A program made the translations under genes and the position numbers. Below, piece by piece: positions 35,200 to 47,651 of a DNA stretch of 64,000 bases (position 1 is the stretch's first letter; each line of letters begins with the position of its first letter). Location of the stretch: positions 1 to 64,000 of the forward strand of contig NW_026853737.1 of NCBI RefSeq assembly GCF_026571515.1. Direction: 5' to 3'. The notes below the pieces were generated by a model. It had not been told where the DNA came from and searched no databases. It worked only from the letters and a program-made list of their open reading frames with translations. Source of the DNA: Ruditapes philippinarum (lineage: Eukaryota).

Positions 35200-37334
35200 C
35201 TGAAGGGATCAATAAAGGACTGTGGCTGAACTGTTTGAACAACAGGTCTTCCAGTTTTTGTTAACATAGCTGGCTTCTTATGAAGTTCACTTTCTCCTTC
35301 ACTAAAATAAGTAAAATGTAAAAGCATGTTTAACACTATGATCATATAAAGAGTCATTACAGAATGCAAATCAAAATTATTTACATGAAATATTGTGGAA
35401 AAAACAAAAAAAAACAAAAACACTGACTGACTGAGACATGACTTTCGACATATCTTTTTGAAAGATTTCTAAAATTAAGAATGGAAAATCTAGGAAAATA
35501 GAGATAACTTTACAAGCATAGGAAATGAAACTGATACAAAATAAAAAAGTAAAAATGTATCTTACCCATTACTGTTTTTCTCTTCTTGAAGTTCTTCCAA
35601 TCCTGATAACTCTGGTTTATCCCTACAAAAACAATTAAAATTGTTCATACAATTCTAATTCAGTTCCTACTTCAGATTAAGTGTAAATGTTAGTGGCTTC
35701 AAATGTTACAAAAATGATGATAAAATTTGAAAATATTGTACTAAGACAGAGCAAATGTGTGTTTTATTGAAGTTGTAGCAATTTAATGACTTACACATCA
35801 GTCAACCCAGATTCAGATGATATTTCTGAAACTGTTGGACCTGGAAAATGCTGGGTGGTACTAGCTGGTGTGGATGTCATTTGTCCTGATGTTCCTGGAA
35901 AGGGCATCACTACATGTGGACTGCTACCAGTGGTTGTTGCTGGAGGTACTTGTGCTGTTGTATATCTAAAATTGTTTTACAAAACATTTTCATTTATGCA
36001 TATTTTCTTTTATCAAAATATACATGGGTAGATCTACTCATAAAAAATTGGCTTAATATATTTGATGCATGACAGTAGACATGTACATTTATTTACTGAA
36101 ACATATAATATAATAATTGCCAATGAGAAACACATGACTCTCATGCTATATATATATTTATTCTTATTCTGCAAAAGGTTGTAAATTTTGTTACAATTTA
36201 TTTCATGATAATTATTGGGTGGCAAGTTACCCTAAAATATTAAAATTTGTGAAAATGTTATAGAACTTTATCAACTTGCTAAATATCTAAACATATGTAT
36301 CTTCCTCAATTTTTAACTATTTCGATATTTGTGGTATATTTATGCAGTGGTACGTTCCCTCCATGGTACGTTAACTCCAAGTTATGATCTTAGAATAATA
36401 GATAGGCCATATATAAATTTACTATTTGATTTTGTTTGTTTGTTTGTTTGTTTCATTTAATGCCTTTTTCAACAGTATTTCAGTCATATAGGCGGGTAGT
36501 TTCCTAACCATCATTCCTGGAGAGTTACACCAGTACTAGACTACCTTGTTCCGCGCTAAACTACCAAAGCATCGCCCGGGGATCGAACCCACGCCAGAGA
36601 GGTAACTGGATTAGAAGTCATCGACTCTAACCCCTCGACTACGGAGGCGGTTTTACTTTTTGAAGTAAAAACAAAATAGCAGACAAGTTGACCACAGGCC
36701 TAATTGACAAAAATGCCAAAAGTTCCTTTGATTAATACGCTGCTATATTTTTTTGTTTTTTTAACCCTTTAGATAATCAAACTGAATAATCAATAATTTT
36801 CGGAATGAGACAGAAGTCTTCACAAACCAATGTCAACGCTTACGAAAACTGCTTAGTGCACAGGCGCCACATAATAAATTATTTTACATAATCGACCTAT
36901 ATATGACATAATGTATATTAAGATATTAAAGTATATAGCCCATATAGAACATAAAAAATGTGTTACAAACAAATGTGTCTTAGGCCGAATCATAGGGGGG
37001 ACGAATCACCATTTGAACATTTAATTTTTTATCAATAAATACTTAATGTTATAATAATTACACTGATCTACACACGAGTAACATGAATCTGAGAGACACG
37101 TTGGTAAAAGTTTAAACAAACGAACCTGTCGAGCAAATGTTTGGCAAATTTGGCATCTGTTTTAATCCCACATGCATTTTTCAACTGTCGCCACCGATGT
37201 ATTTGGCTCCCAACATGCACTCTTGCCTTGGACCATTCGATTTTCCTACGCTTTTTTGCCGAATCTGTCACTTTAGAGACTCTTTTCCTTTTTAATTTCT
37301 GTTTTACTTCCGTCGCATCCTTCGCGTCCGCCAT
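35200..37334 (-). CDS. Four-exon 5' gene fragment with a ZNF692/ZNF653-N-terminal-like domain (possibly transposon-borne)
   Basis: Exons 37334-37126, 35965-35795, 35622-35566 and 35301-35200 are all GT-AG and phase 2, and join into one 179-codon frame: MADAK...KRKR...KKRRK...ARVHVGSQIHRWRQLKNACGIKTDAKFAKHLLDRYTT...FIDPF. A possible fifth acceptor lies at 34854. Confidence 0.72.
36433..36650 (-). mobile_element. SINE-like element of a second family (tRNA-like segment and (tttg)n tract)
   Basis: (tttg)n at left; ggggatcgaaccc (reverse B box) and ctaacccctcgactacgg (reverse A box) at right. Confidence 0.6.
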
Positions 37335-37695
37335 TGTTTTGAATTCTAGCCTCATTAATATTCATAACTTCCGAATGTTTCCGAGACTATTTCGATCGTT
37401 TCCGTATATGATCGGTAATTTGCGCGTTCACTCGTCGCTTAAAAAGTCGGCGGTTTTTTAAGATTTTAGTTATTTTCATATATCTTTTTCTCTTCCAATA
37501 TTATGAATTTCCTGGTTATTTTAATGTCAAATGTTATATTATTTTAAAGTGTTTTATCATACAAGTGTCTGTCTTTGTTAGCAAACATGGAATTAAAGCC
37601 GAATATATCTTTAAAAGTTATATGGTTTTATATGATATATAAAATGCTTTATAGTCGCCTGAATTCAGAATATATCTTTTAAATTATCTTCTCAC

Positions 37696-37850
37696 CTTTG
37701 ATCTTTAAAACACTATACTGTATCTATTAATCCTACGGACAAGAATGTTTAAAATGTGTAGTCCTAATCCTATAAAAATAAAACTGGTCAGTTTTCGTGC
37801 TTTAAATTTGGTTTATTCGGACTTCATTATTTACACAATGATAATAACAC
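37696..37850 (-). promoter_or_regulatory. Putative non-coding first exon and promoter of cGLR-2
   Basis: Donor AG|GTGAGA at 37696/37695. Blocks attaatcctacg, tggtcaNttttcgt, ttggttta and atttacacaa are conserved with 60092-60250 upstream of cGLR-3. Confidence 0.55.
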
Positions 37851-38049
37851 GGATACGCCCTCGATTCATACTAAAAGGATGATAACTTGAGCCTTTGTTT
37901 ACAGAACAGAGATTAATAACAATGTGAACAATAGGTATTGTCCAACAATATTGACCTGACACCTCATTAACTTTCGTAAAGGTCATTTGAATAAACACTG
38001 ACCAGTATCTATCGAATATATCGATACATTTGCTAACTTCACTCGTCAG

Positions 38050-38123
38050 TGAGGTGTGGTGTATTGGTATAGATGTCGGACTAACGATCTGAATGTCTCT
38101 GGTTCGATTCCTTACCAACACCA
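38050..38123 (+). pseudogene. tRNA-like pseudogene or SINE head (AAC anticodon)
   Basis: A box tggtgtattgg, anticodon arm tcgga-ctAACga-tctga, B box ggttcgattcc. Acceptor and T stems are poorly paired. Confidence 0.5.
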
Positions 38124-38556
38124 TGTTATGATTTTTTTAAATTTACTTGCAAGAATTAATTTGTAATCGGTTTACTACAACTGGTTTTAGAATATATTTT
38201 AAATGGTGTTTTAAACACAGTCATATATTTTCATTTTATTACAGTATCTTTTAACGTTTCTCTTTTTGACATTATGCAATTTTTCAAACTCTTGAGAAGT
38301 TAAGATGCGTGGTGGAATAACACACATTTTGTCCGGTTCCTTGTAACACATGGAAATGCGCGTCACGCACACTTTTTGTCATTTCACATTTTTTTTTTCT
38401 TTTCATAATTTCATAAAATCAATAAACATTGATGAGATTGGTATAAATAAAAGTTACTTAAATTACGATTAATCATTTTTATAGTTTTAAGTTTTTTATG
38501 TCATGATACTAAAAAGACCCGGTTGAATGATAAACTAGCTGGCAAATAAAAACCTA

Positions 38557-40970
38557 TGGAAAGCCTTGACTGTCTTATGATTACAAAAATGAACGTTGTT
38601 GTGTCACTCTTTCTTTATACCATGTGCACTCATGAATATATGATGTGGATGCATCCTTATATGAAGTCAAATCAACAATATATGATGTCAATGTGTCTTT
38701 ATATGATGTCGACCAATCATTATACGATGTGCATTTATGAATATATATGATGTGGTAGAATCATTATATACAGTCAACTTATCAATATATTATGTTAATC
38801 TTTCATTATGTAAGAATGGTTCCACATAATATATTCGTAATTGCACATCATGTAATGAAAGATTGACATCATATATAATAAGGACACATACACATCTTAT
38901 AATGTTTAAAGATGGTTCCACGTAATATATTCATTAATGCACATCGTATAATGAAAGATTGACATCATATAAGGACGTTTTAATCATATAATGTTAAGTT
39001 GACTGTATATAAAGATGATTACACATAGTATATTCATTAATGCACATCGTATAATGAAAGATTGAAATCATATAAGGACACATTTACATCATATAATATT
39101 AAGTTGACTCTATATATAGATGGTTCCACATAACATATTCGTAATTGCACGTCATATATGAAAGACGGACATCATATAAGGACACATACACATCATATAA
39201 TGTTAAGTTGACTCTATAAAAAGATGGTTCCACACAATAAATTCATTAATGCACATCGTATAATGAAAGATTTACATCATATAAGGACACATGTACATCA
39301 TCATATAAGGACACATGTACATCATATATTGTTAAGTTAACTCTATATAAAGACGATAATACATAATATACTGAAAAATGCACAGTGTATATTGATAGAT
39401 TGACATCATATAATGTTGACTCTATATAAATATTATTCCACATAATATATTCATAACTTCACATCATATAATGACAGACTGACATCATATATTGTTATTT
39501 TGACCTTATATAATAATGGTTCCACATAATATATTCAACAAGGAACATCGCAATGCGATGCAACCAGGTTTTCAGCAAAATATTTCACAGAAGCTTTGTC
39601 ATGAAGGGGCATTTGTTTTTAATTGAACTTTTAGGAGGAATTATGGCTTTTTTAATATTCCTCAAACAAAAATGATTGAGAAATTTTATAGTGTCTATTC
39701 GCCTTTTTTTCCCAAATGTTTTAGAAAGGTAAACAGTACTTTATTTTTGCTTAATTTTTGCATTTTTGCGTCTCTTGTCATTTTCTTTTGTCAACAATAT
39801 TGGCGTGTGGTGTTTTGTGCGATATCAAGAAAAGTATGTTCACAATTTTAAAAAAATACTTGAATGATGTCTTGGAAGAAACATGGGAATTTAGTGAGCG
39901 CCAGGGCACTTGATGACAAAGCTTCTGTGAAAGTTTGGTCAAAATCCATTGAGAAATGTAGGAGAAGTTGCGCACTGTAGAAATTGTTCACTATATATTC
40001 TGTATAAGGAAAAAATATACAAAGGGCCATAATTCGGTCAAATATTATCCAATCACAAAACCCCGACAATATGTGCCAGGCACTAGAAAACAAAGCTTCT
40101 AAGAAAGTTTGGTCAAAATCCGGTGAGAAATGTAGGAGGAGGTGAGCACAGAAGAAATTGTTCTCTATATATTCTGTATAAGGAAAAAATATGCAATCTT
40201 AGGGCCATAATTCGGTCAAATATTATCCAATCACAAAACCCCGACAATATGTGCATGGCACTTGATAACAAAGCTTCTAAGTAAGTTTGGTCAAAATCCG
40301 TTGAGAAATGTAGGAGGAGTTGCGCACAGAAGAAATTGTTCACTATATATTCTATATAAGGAAAAAAAACAAAGGGCCATAATTAGGTCAAATATATACC
40401 AATTGCAAAACCCTGGCAATATGTGTCAGGGCACTTGATGACAAAGCTTCTGAGAAAGTTTGGTCAAAATCTGTTGAGAAATGTAGGAGGAGTTGAGCAC
40501 AGAAGAAATTGTTCACTATATATTTTATATAAGGAAAAAAAACAAAGGGCCATAATTAGGTCAAATATTATCTAATCGCAAAACCCCGACAATATGCGCC
40601 AGGGCACTTGATGACAAAGCTTCTGTGAAAGTTTGGTCAAAATCCGTTGAGAAATGTAGGAGGAGTTGCGCACAGAAGAAATTGTTTACGCCCGCCCGCC
40701 CGTCCGCCCGCCCGCCCGCCGACATACCTCAATCTAATAACCAGTTTTTTCCTTCGGAAAACCTGGTTAAAATGCACATCGTATAATGATATATTGACAT
40801 CATATAAAGACACATTGACATCATATATTGTTCAGTTGACTACATATAAAGATGGATCCACATAATATATTGATGAGTGCACGTTGTATAAGGAAAGGTT
40901 GACTCAATATATTGCTATTCGGACATAACAATGTTCAGGTTTATAATTATAAGACAGTCAAGGCTTTCCA
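38557..40970. mobile_element. Non-autonomous TIR element (probable TA TSD) with degenerate internal tandem repeats
   Basis: tatggaaagccttgactgtcttatgatta (38555) matches the reverse complement at 40944-40972, 28/29. Internal acatcatata / tatatgatgt repeats change orientation near 38810. Confidence 0.82.
39537..40772 (-). mobile_element. Nested HINE-like element (same family as the cGLR 3'-flank elements)
   Basis: aacaaggaacatcgcaatgcgatgcaaccaggttttc ... ggaaaacctggttaa; ~173-bp monomers; (cgcc)n. Confidence 0.8.
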
Positions 40971-42681
40971 TAATCAAAGCACAGAAGGAGCTGAATTTGT
41001 TTGGGTCTCAGAATGTAAGAAAGGTGCAGGTTGTGAGATTATATGTTTAGTGCCACCAATGCTTTCCAGCGTTTTAATTGTAGTAAATTGGCTATTAGAC
41101 TAATTGCAACACTGATATTCAATCCAATGTTTATTTGACTTTAACAATTTAAAAAAATGAGTAACCTTTACTGGGATTTGAACTCCAGACCTCTCGCTTC
41201 CTAAGCGAGCCCGAAAACCCTTCAGCCACGGTGAATTTATATGTGAACGGCCTGAAGAAAACCATATTATTCTAAATTAGGGCTTGTAACGACTTTAACT
41301 GTTGTTTAACACAGATGTAAATAATCCTGGAGCTTACTATAAGCATGTATATTTATAAAGAATCAAACGGCTGCAAGTTCTGTGGTATTTTCTGATCTTT
41401 GCAATCGTACTGTATATCTGTATGCATTTTCCTGTATAAGTTTATTTTTATGTATTATAATTCCTCTTGTAAGGCACCAGAGTTTGATACATCCGTAATT
41501 CTGCATAACTAGAGTTGCATCAAAAAATCATTTATGTCCTTTTTTTACGACAGCCACACTTTATCTTTGTATATCATGGCTACTTCTTAACAAAAACACT
41601 TAAAAAAAAGAATTTAACAAAAAATAAAGTTTTCTCGACTTGGATACGAACTCGAGACCTCTCACTCACGAGGCGAGCGCGTTACCCTTGTACCACGGAA
41701 AAGTTATACACAGAGTGTCTGAATAATATCAAATCATTCTAAATTTGGAACTTCCATTGCAGTTCGGGTTTGTAATCCTTATTAATTTCGAGGTATTTTG
41801 TTTAGGCTTAACCTGTTGTTTATAATTGAAGTAGATATTTTAGCAAAAATCCTCTCGCCCAAACGGTCCGGCATGTAGAATCTATATATTCCACTACTCG
41901 GTTTGTGTAGTATTCGGTAATCAACATGGCTAAAAATAGTATTTTCATTGATAAAATCATATTCATCCGCGTAATTTGTGATTGTGCATTTATTGACAAT
42001 TCTATAAGCCAACGCTATTGTTTAACTTTAAATGCGTTGTAATTTGTTGGATACTTGTAACAAAATAAAATATTTCTTTCTTTTAAATCGCTAGTTTTTA
42101 GCTGTTTTGAGAACTACTTGTTGTTAGGTTTGTAGTAAACTTCTGTGTCAGAGATTGAATGTCCGCTTTGTATTTAGTTATTTTCGATCAGAAAATACAA
42201 TAAAACAATATTAGAAATCTTTGACCATTCGGGAATTACTTTGCTTGAAAATTGATGCGCCTGTCTTTGACCATCTTTACGCAGTGATCTCCCCTGAATT
42301 TTTCGGCTTTAGTGTACATACAAAAGGGAAGTAACCGCTCCAAAAAATTGGACTACTTTCGGCATTTGCAATTAGCAACATTAGACTCTGAAATTTCGCT
42401 ACCATTATTTGTTTGGTCTGACGACCCAAACAAATAAAAACCAGTGACGTGTCAATCTGTTACCGCATTGTCAATGCACTTTCAAAGGAATACCAATTGT
42501 GTAATACAATGACTAATACATGGGTAATAAAATGTGATCTTTTGATTTAAATTACTGATGAAAAAGTCACCTAATGATACCTTGAACAGAGGACTTTTGG
42601 TCGTTGAAAAATGTCCCGCTAATTTTGTATATCTGTTATGAATATCAATTCACGTTTTAAGTACTTAACCGCTTTAATTTG

Positions 42682-42825
42682 GGATACGGTCAAAAGCCCC
42701 CTCCCATCTAAAGCCCCCTCCCATCTAAAAATGACAAGGTGGACAAAAGCCCCCATTAAATTTACACATAGGACAAAAGCCACCCCCATCAAAAAATCAG
42801 GTAGGACAAAAGCCCAACCCCAGTC
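42682..42825 (+). repeat. Cluster of (gga)caaaagccc direct repeats, likely a DNA transposon subterminal region
   Basis: aaagccc-type motif about five times within 140 bp. Confidence 0.5.
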
Positions 42826-45800
42826 TATCAAACAATGGTTATTTAGAATCTCGTCAGTTTAAATCCGGAACTTGATGCATTGAGACAAGTTTAATTCATC
42901 CCAAAATTTCTTTTTTCTGTGCGACATAACTTGATATCACCCCTTTTAAAGCTTTCAAGTACACTAAAATGTATTCTATCTTTATTGCGATTTTGCCCTA
43001 CGCAGAATGCGCATGCGCGAAATGCAACATACGTTGCTATGGAAAATCGTACTGTAAAAAGGTCTATATGCTTTAGCGCATACACACTATAATGGCAGTT
43101 TTTAAAAATACAACACATATTATGTATACACACAACAAAAACGTTTGCAATAGTTTTAAGAGAATTGCAATTTTAAAATCACAATAAAAATAATTCGCTG
43201 AAATAGGATTCGAACCTACCAGTTAACGTCTACATTCCTTTACCAACTGCCCTAAGAGGGATTTTTATTTTACAATATTGTAACAATTATATCGATGTAC
43301 AACAATATTGATATCTGTATGTCGCCACTACCCTGTAAAGGCGACGCAAAAGGGGGAAAAAAACAGTAACAACATCATCATAAAAACATGGTATAGGGAA
43401 GTGTTCGAACCTATGGGCGCAAATCATTGAAAGTTACAGTGAAGTAAGCTTACCAACTGAGCCACTATAATGATACACATTCTTTTAAGAATTAAACTAT
43501 ATATGATTGTTGACACTTACAATCTCGCATTATATGCAAACTTACTTTTTCCAAAGTATTGTTATCCCAGGGCAATATGTCTATAGCGCAAGCATGTAAA
43601 GAGACACAGGGGTACGGCTCATTGAACGTTTTCAAAGTGTTTGATAGCTGTAAATATTTATCCAAATTCAGCAAAAAACGCTAGTTATTATACGGAAAGA
43701 TTTTTAAATAACAGAAAGATATTTTGACATATAATTTATTGCAAATACTGAATTAATGATTAGTTTACTTGCAAAAGTATTTTATGACTTTTAATTTGAG
43801 TTACGCAAGTTGGTTACGGAACTGTAGTTTTGCAATCTCATCACAGTGATTACCTCCCTTGGCAGAACTTCAAAGACGTCACATGATGATGAAAGTCACA
43901 TGACGTAACGTCGAAATTCAAATGTAAATATCGACCGTTGCATAGAAAATCTATCGTCATTTTTCTCTTTCTGTTTTATTTTTAACTTTTAGTGCCTACG
44001 ATCGATATAGTTTATCAAAAAATTATCAAAAGTATACGAACTAACGAAAAATAAATTAAAAACCTAAAAAGTATAAAATATCAAAATATTGTCTCGGTAG
44101 AAAATATTCTCATATTTTTTAAAATTATTTCTAAATATTCATATTATTTATTTATTTATTCATAAACATTGTTTAATCAATGAGAAAAAACTTAACTGAT
44201 AGATAAAAGCAGTAAATAAAACAATTTTTGAAAAAATATAGTATATCAGAAATTTAATCTGGTTCCCAGCGTACTCTGCACAATGAAATGGTAAGGGCAG
44301 GTAACCCAGGCTAATCAGAAATTCTGATATATTGGGACCTTGGTGGCAGAGATCTACGCCGAAGAATTAAGGGGAGATCACTGTGTGGGGATTGGTAGTT
44401 TTGAAGTGTATGAATTCCAGGCAAATAACGCATTCCGCAACCAATTCCAGGAAGACTCGACCAATAGAATTCATAGACTGCTTTCTAGTTACGGTACGGA
44501 ACAATCTCCTCACAGTGATTACCTCCCTTTGCAGAATTGTAATTATCTCTGTACTGATAAGGGGAGATCACTGCGTAGGAGATTGGGTACGGAATTCATA
44601 CGCGATAACAAGTCTATAAATAGAGGCGAAAAACTTCATTTGGCGGTTCTGGTTCGAATAAGCGAACCAATGTCAAGAAAACATTTGGTTCACTAGGAAA
44701 ACTTTGTAAATTGTCCGTAACTAATTACCATCCCGTAACCAAGGTGAACTAAGTCATTATATAGTTACTGTGTATCTTTGTGTGCGCAACTGTTACATTC
44801 TAGTTACGGCGTAACTTTTTCTTAAACATATACGTAACCATTCTTCTATGGTATCCTCTATATATTTAGCGAAAATGCACCATTTCCGCGAAAAGACAGT
44901 TAACATCACTTATATATTATTACTAAGAACAATAAAGAGAATCAAGTTTTGTTGTGTTCAAATATAATTTCTTATTACAGTTATTGTTTAATAAATATAC
45001 AAATGTTTTAAATGCTGTTGTTATAAAATAATCAGTAAAAGGTATTACACCACTAAATTGGACATACCCAGATTGAGCTAAATTAAGCAGATAAATAACA
45101 ACAGGGTGAAGTCTTTTCTTAATTCCATTATTAGTATAAATCTGCGTACAGGCCATTCAAGAATATACCTATTTAATCATAATACCGAGGACTACACACC
45201 ACCCCGTCCTATACCGAGTATAACAATATCTTTATACTTTTCTACATTTCAAGGGAAATATCACAGAAACATGTCAAATTAATTTGGTATAGTCTTACAA
45301 AAACTGCCAGATTTTTAATGACACTATCACATGTTATCATACTGTGATTATCTGTATTAGCTGTAGTGGGTAGGGTTTAAAATATAACAAATTTTCTGTG
45401 TGTGTATTTAAAAGATATTTCTTTTACATTTCAAAAAAGAGTCTGTATCGTAATGATAAGATTTTTCAAATATCAAATTTGATTAGATATATCTTTAAAG
45501 TTAAACATTTTAAGCTAATTAATGTTAAAATATACAAGAGTAAAGATCAACAAGAAAAGGCGCCATGCACCGAATGTAGCCCCATCAAAACCCAGCCAAA
45601 CATGACCATCAGCAATAAAATATTCCCAATGCCTGAAAATTAGCAAGAATCTGGAGGCATGCTGCTTTATTGAATTTCTGTTCGTTTAGCACAACACGGC
45701 AAAATTAAAATTGTTGCAGGCTTAATTTGATTTAGCCTGTTCATGGACGATACTGGTAACCGGCTTAAGCAGAATTCAACATTTAACATTTGGAATTTCC

Positions 45801-47189
45801 TTCACCATGACAATTTACTTCTTATCCTGTGAAATAATATCTGAAGTCATTGAATGTTCAAAGAGATGAAGCATCGCGTGTGCTTTACTAAAATAGAGGT
45901 TTGGTATATATTTTTTCTCAAATTAAGAAATTTTAAACTAAAACTCAATATGTTTTGTTCTCGCATGTAATACAAGAGGCTTCATTTAACATAACAAACT
46001 CGTATCAAGATTTAACATTTTCAGTTAGCAATAGCTCCGCAGCAGACAGCCACAGAGCCAGTTCTTGTACAGAATGATACATACCTGACACTCAAGGTTG
46101 AAGGTATAGTTCAACATGGGACCAAGCCTGGTCTCTTCCGCAAGATACACAGCATTAATATCATAGTTACATCAAATATTGTTTCAAGAACACAGACAAA
46201 TACTGATAATTTTTTTTTTGTAAAAAACATCATATTTACTTTTCTTTAATATTCATGGTAATATTACCTGTGTTGAACATGTATGTCCTTATATTATTAA
46301 AGTGTATAAAGCTATATATGTACAAAAATTATTGTTTGAATGAAAAAAGTGTACTTACAAATGCTTGTATGAAAAAAGGTGGTAATTAATTGTGTTAAAA
46401 ATAAAGGGTGTATATACGAAATACTTGCTAAGCAGATAAACCCAACTTAAAACAGCACAATATTTTGTTTTATTACCCCTCACTTTTTTCGTAATGTTAA
46501 TTTCCCATAGGCCTCTGGTAGTTATTCTTACTGTTAATGCAAGTGTATTACGTGACTAAAAATGTTGTACTGTTACATAGGTAACAGTATTTTTTAACAG
46601 TATAAAATCTGGTCACGTGGTCTATTTGCTGAAATGGCCGCCATTTTTCTCTCGATTCATTCTTATTTTCGACGATAAAGCCTAGGGAATATAAAATATC
46701 TTTTTGTTAAATAGTCAAAAAGTAAACATCCGTTTTCAACGGAAGTAATTGTAATGTGAATAATTTTGTGTCAAACTTAAACATGCAGACGATTAAAGCA
46801 TGTAACAAAGGAATATATAACAATTTTAACCAGTAAACGTTACAGATAGAGTTGGTGGACAGGCATCTGTAGGATATCATCGTTATTTTGTAAATGCACT
46901 TTGTCAAAAACCAAGAAGAATATTCTGGATACAGAAGGATAAGATTTCACAGATCATAACCTTATAAATGGGTTAGTGTTTTGTTTTCTAAATAAAACAC
47001 AGCTTTTTGTATGTTTATGACTGGTAGATATCATCACTTGCTAAAAGAATAAAAGTAGTACAGCTTCTCAAGTAGGCCAACAGTACACTTAAAACTTGCA
47101 AGGTAAGGACAGTTTAGTTATTGCTACTCTTGGTTTATTTTTGTTACTAAAATTCAGATCATCACATTATTTGTTCGGGGTAATAAAAT

Positions 47190-47312
47190 AAATAACACAT
47201 TGGTTTGTGGGTAACAGTAAAAATATCATCCCTCGTAAAAATACTGTTACTGTAACAGTATTTTCCTCGGGATGATATTTTTTACTGTTACCCACAATCC
47301 CATGTGTTATTT
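47190..47312. repeat. ~120-bp near-perfect hairpin, probably a mobile-element end
   Basis: aaataacacat...gtgggtaacagtaaaaatatcatccc...aaaatactgttac / gtaacagtatttt...gggatgatattttttactgttacccac...atgtgttattt. Confidence 0.75.
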
Positions 47313-47651
47313 ATATACTGTTGCATTATAATTGAACAGTAATATTTTTGTTTTAAATACATCATAAGATATAGCTATATACCCTTTAAGAATAATTTTG
47401 CTTTGTGGTAAAAAAGCTAAGTTTGAAATGATTTAGCATGTATACAGTGGTTTAACATTTTAAGTAGTTAATTAAAATAATATAAAAAAATTGTTATAAT
47501 CGGTTTTTTATTCAGTAAATATCTCCGCAATCCCCAAATTTTGCTATAACCTCTATTCAAATTTAGAGAAAGATCCATTTCTCATTGGTAATTTATAACA
47601 GTGTACTTAGAATTAATATATTTATATATTTTATTTTCTTACAGAATATCA

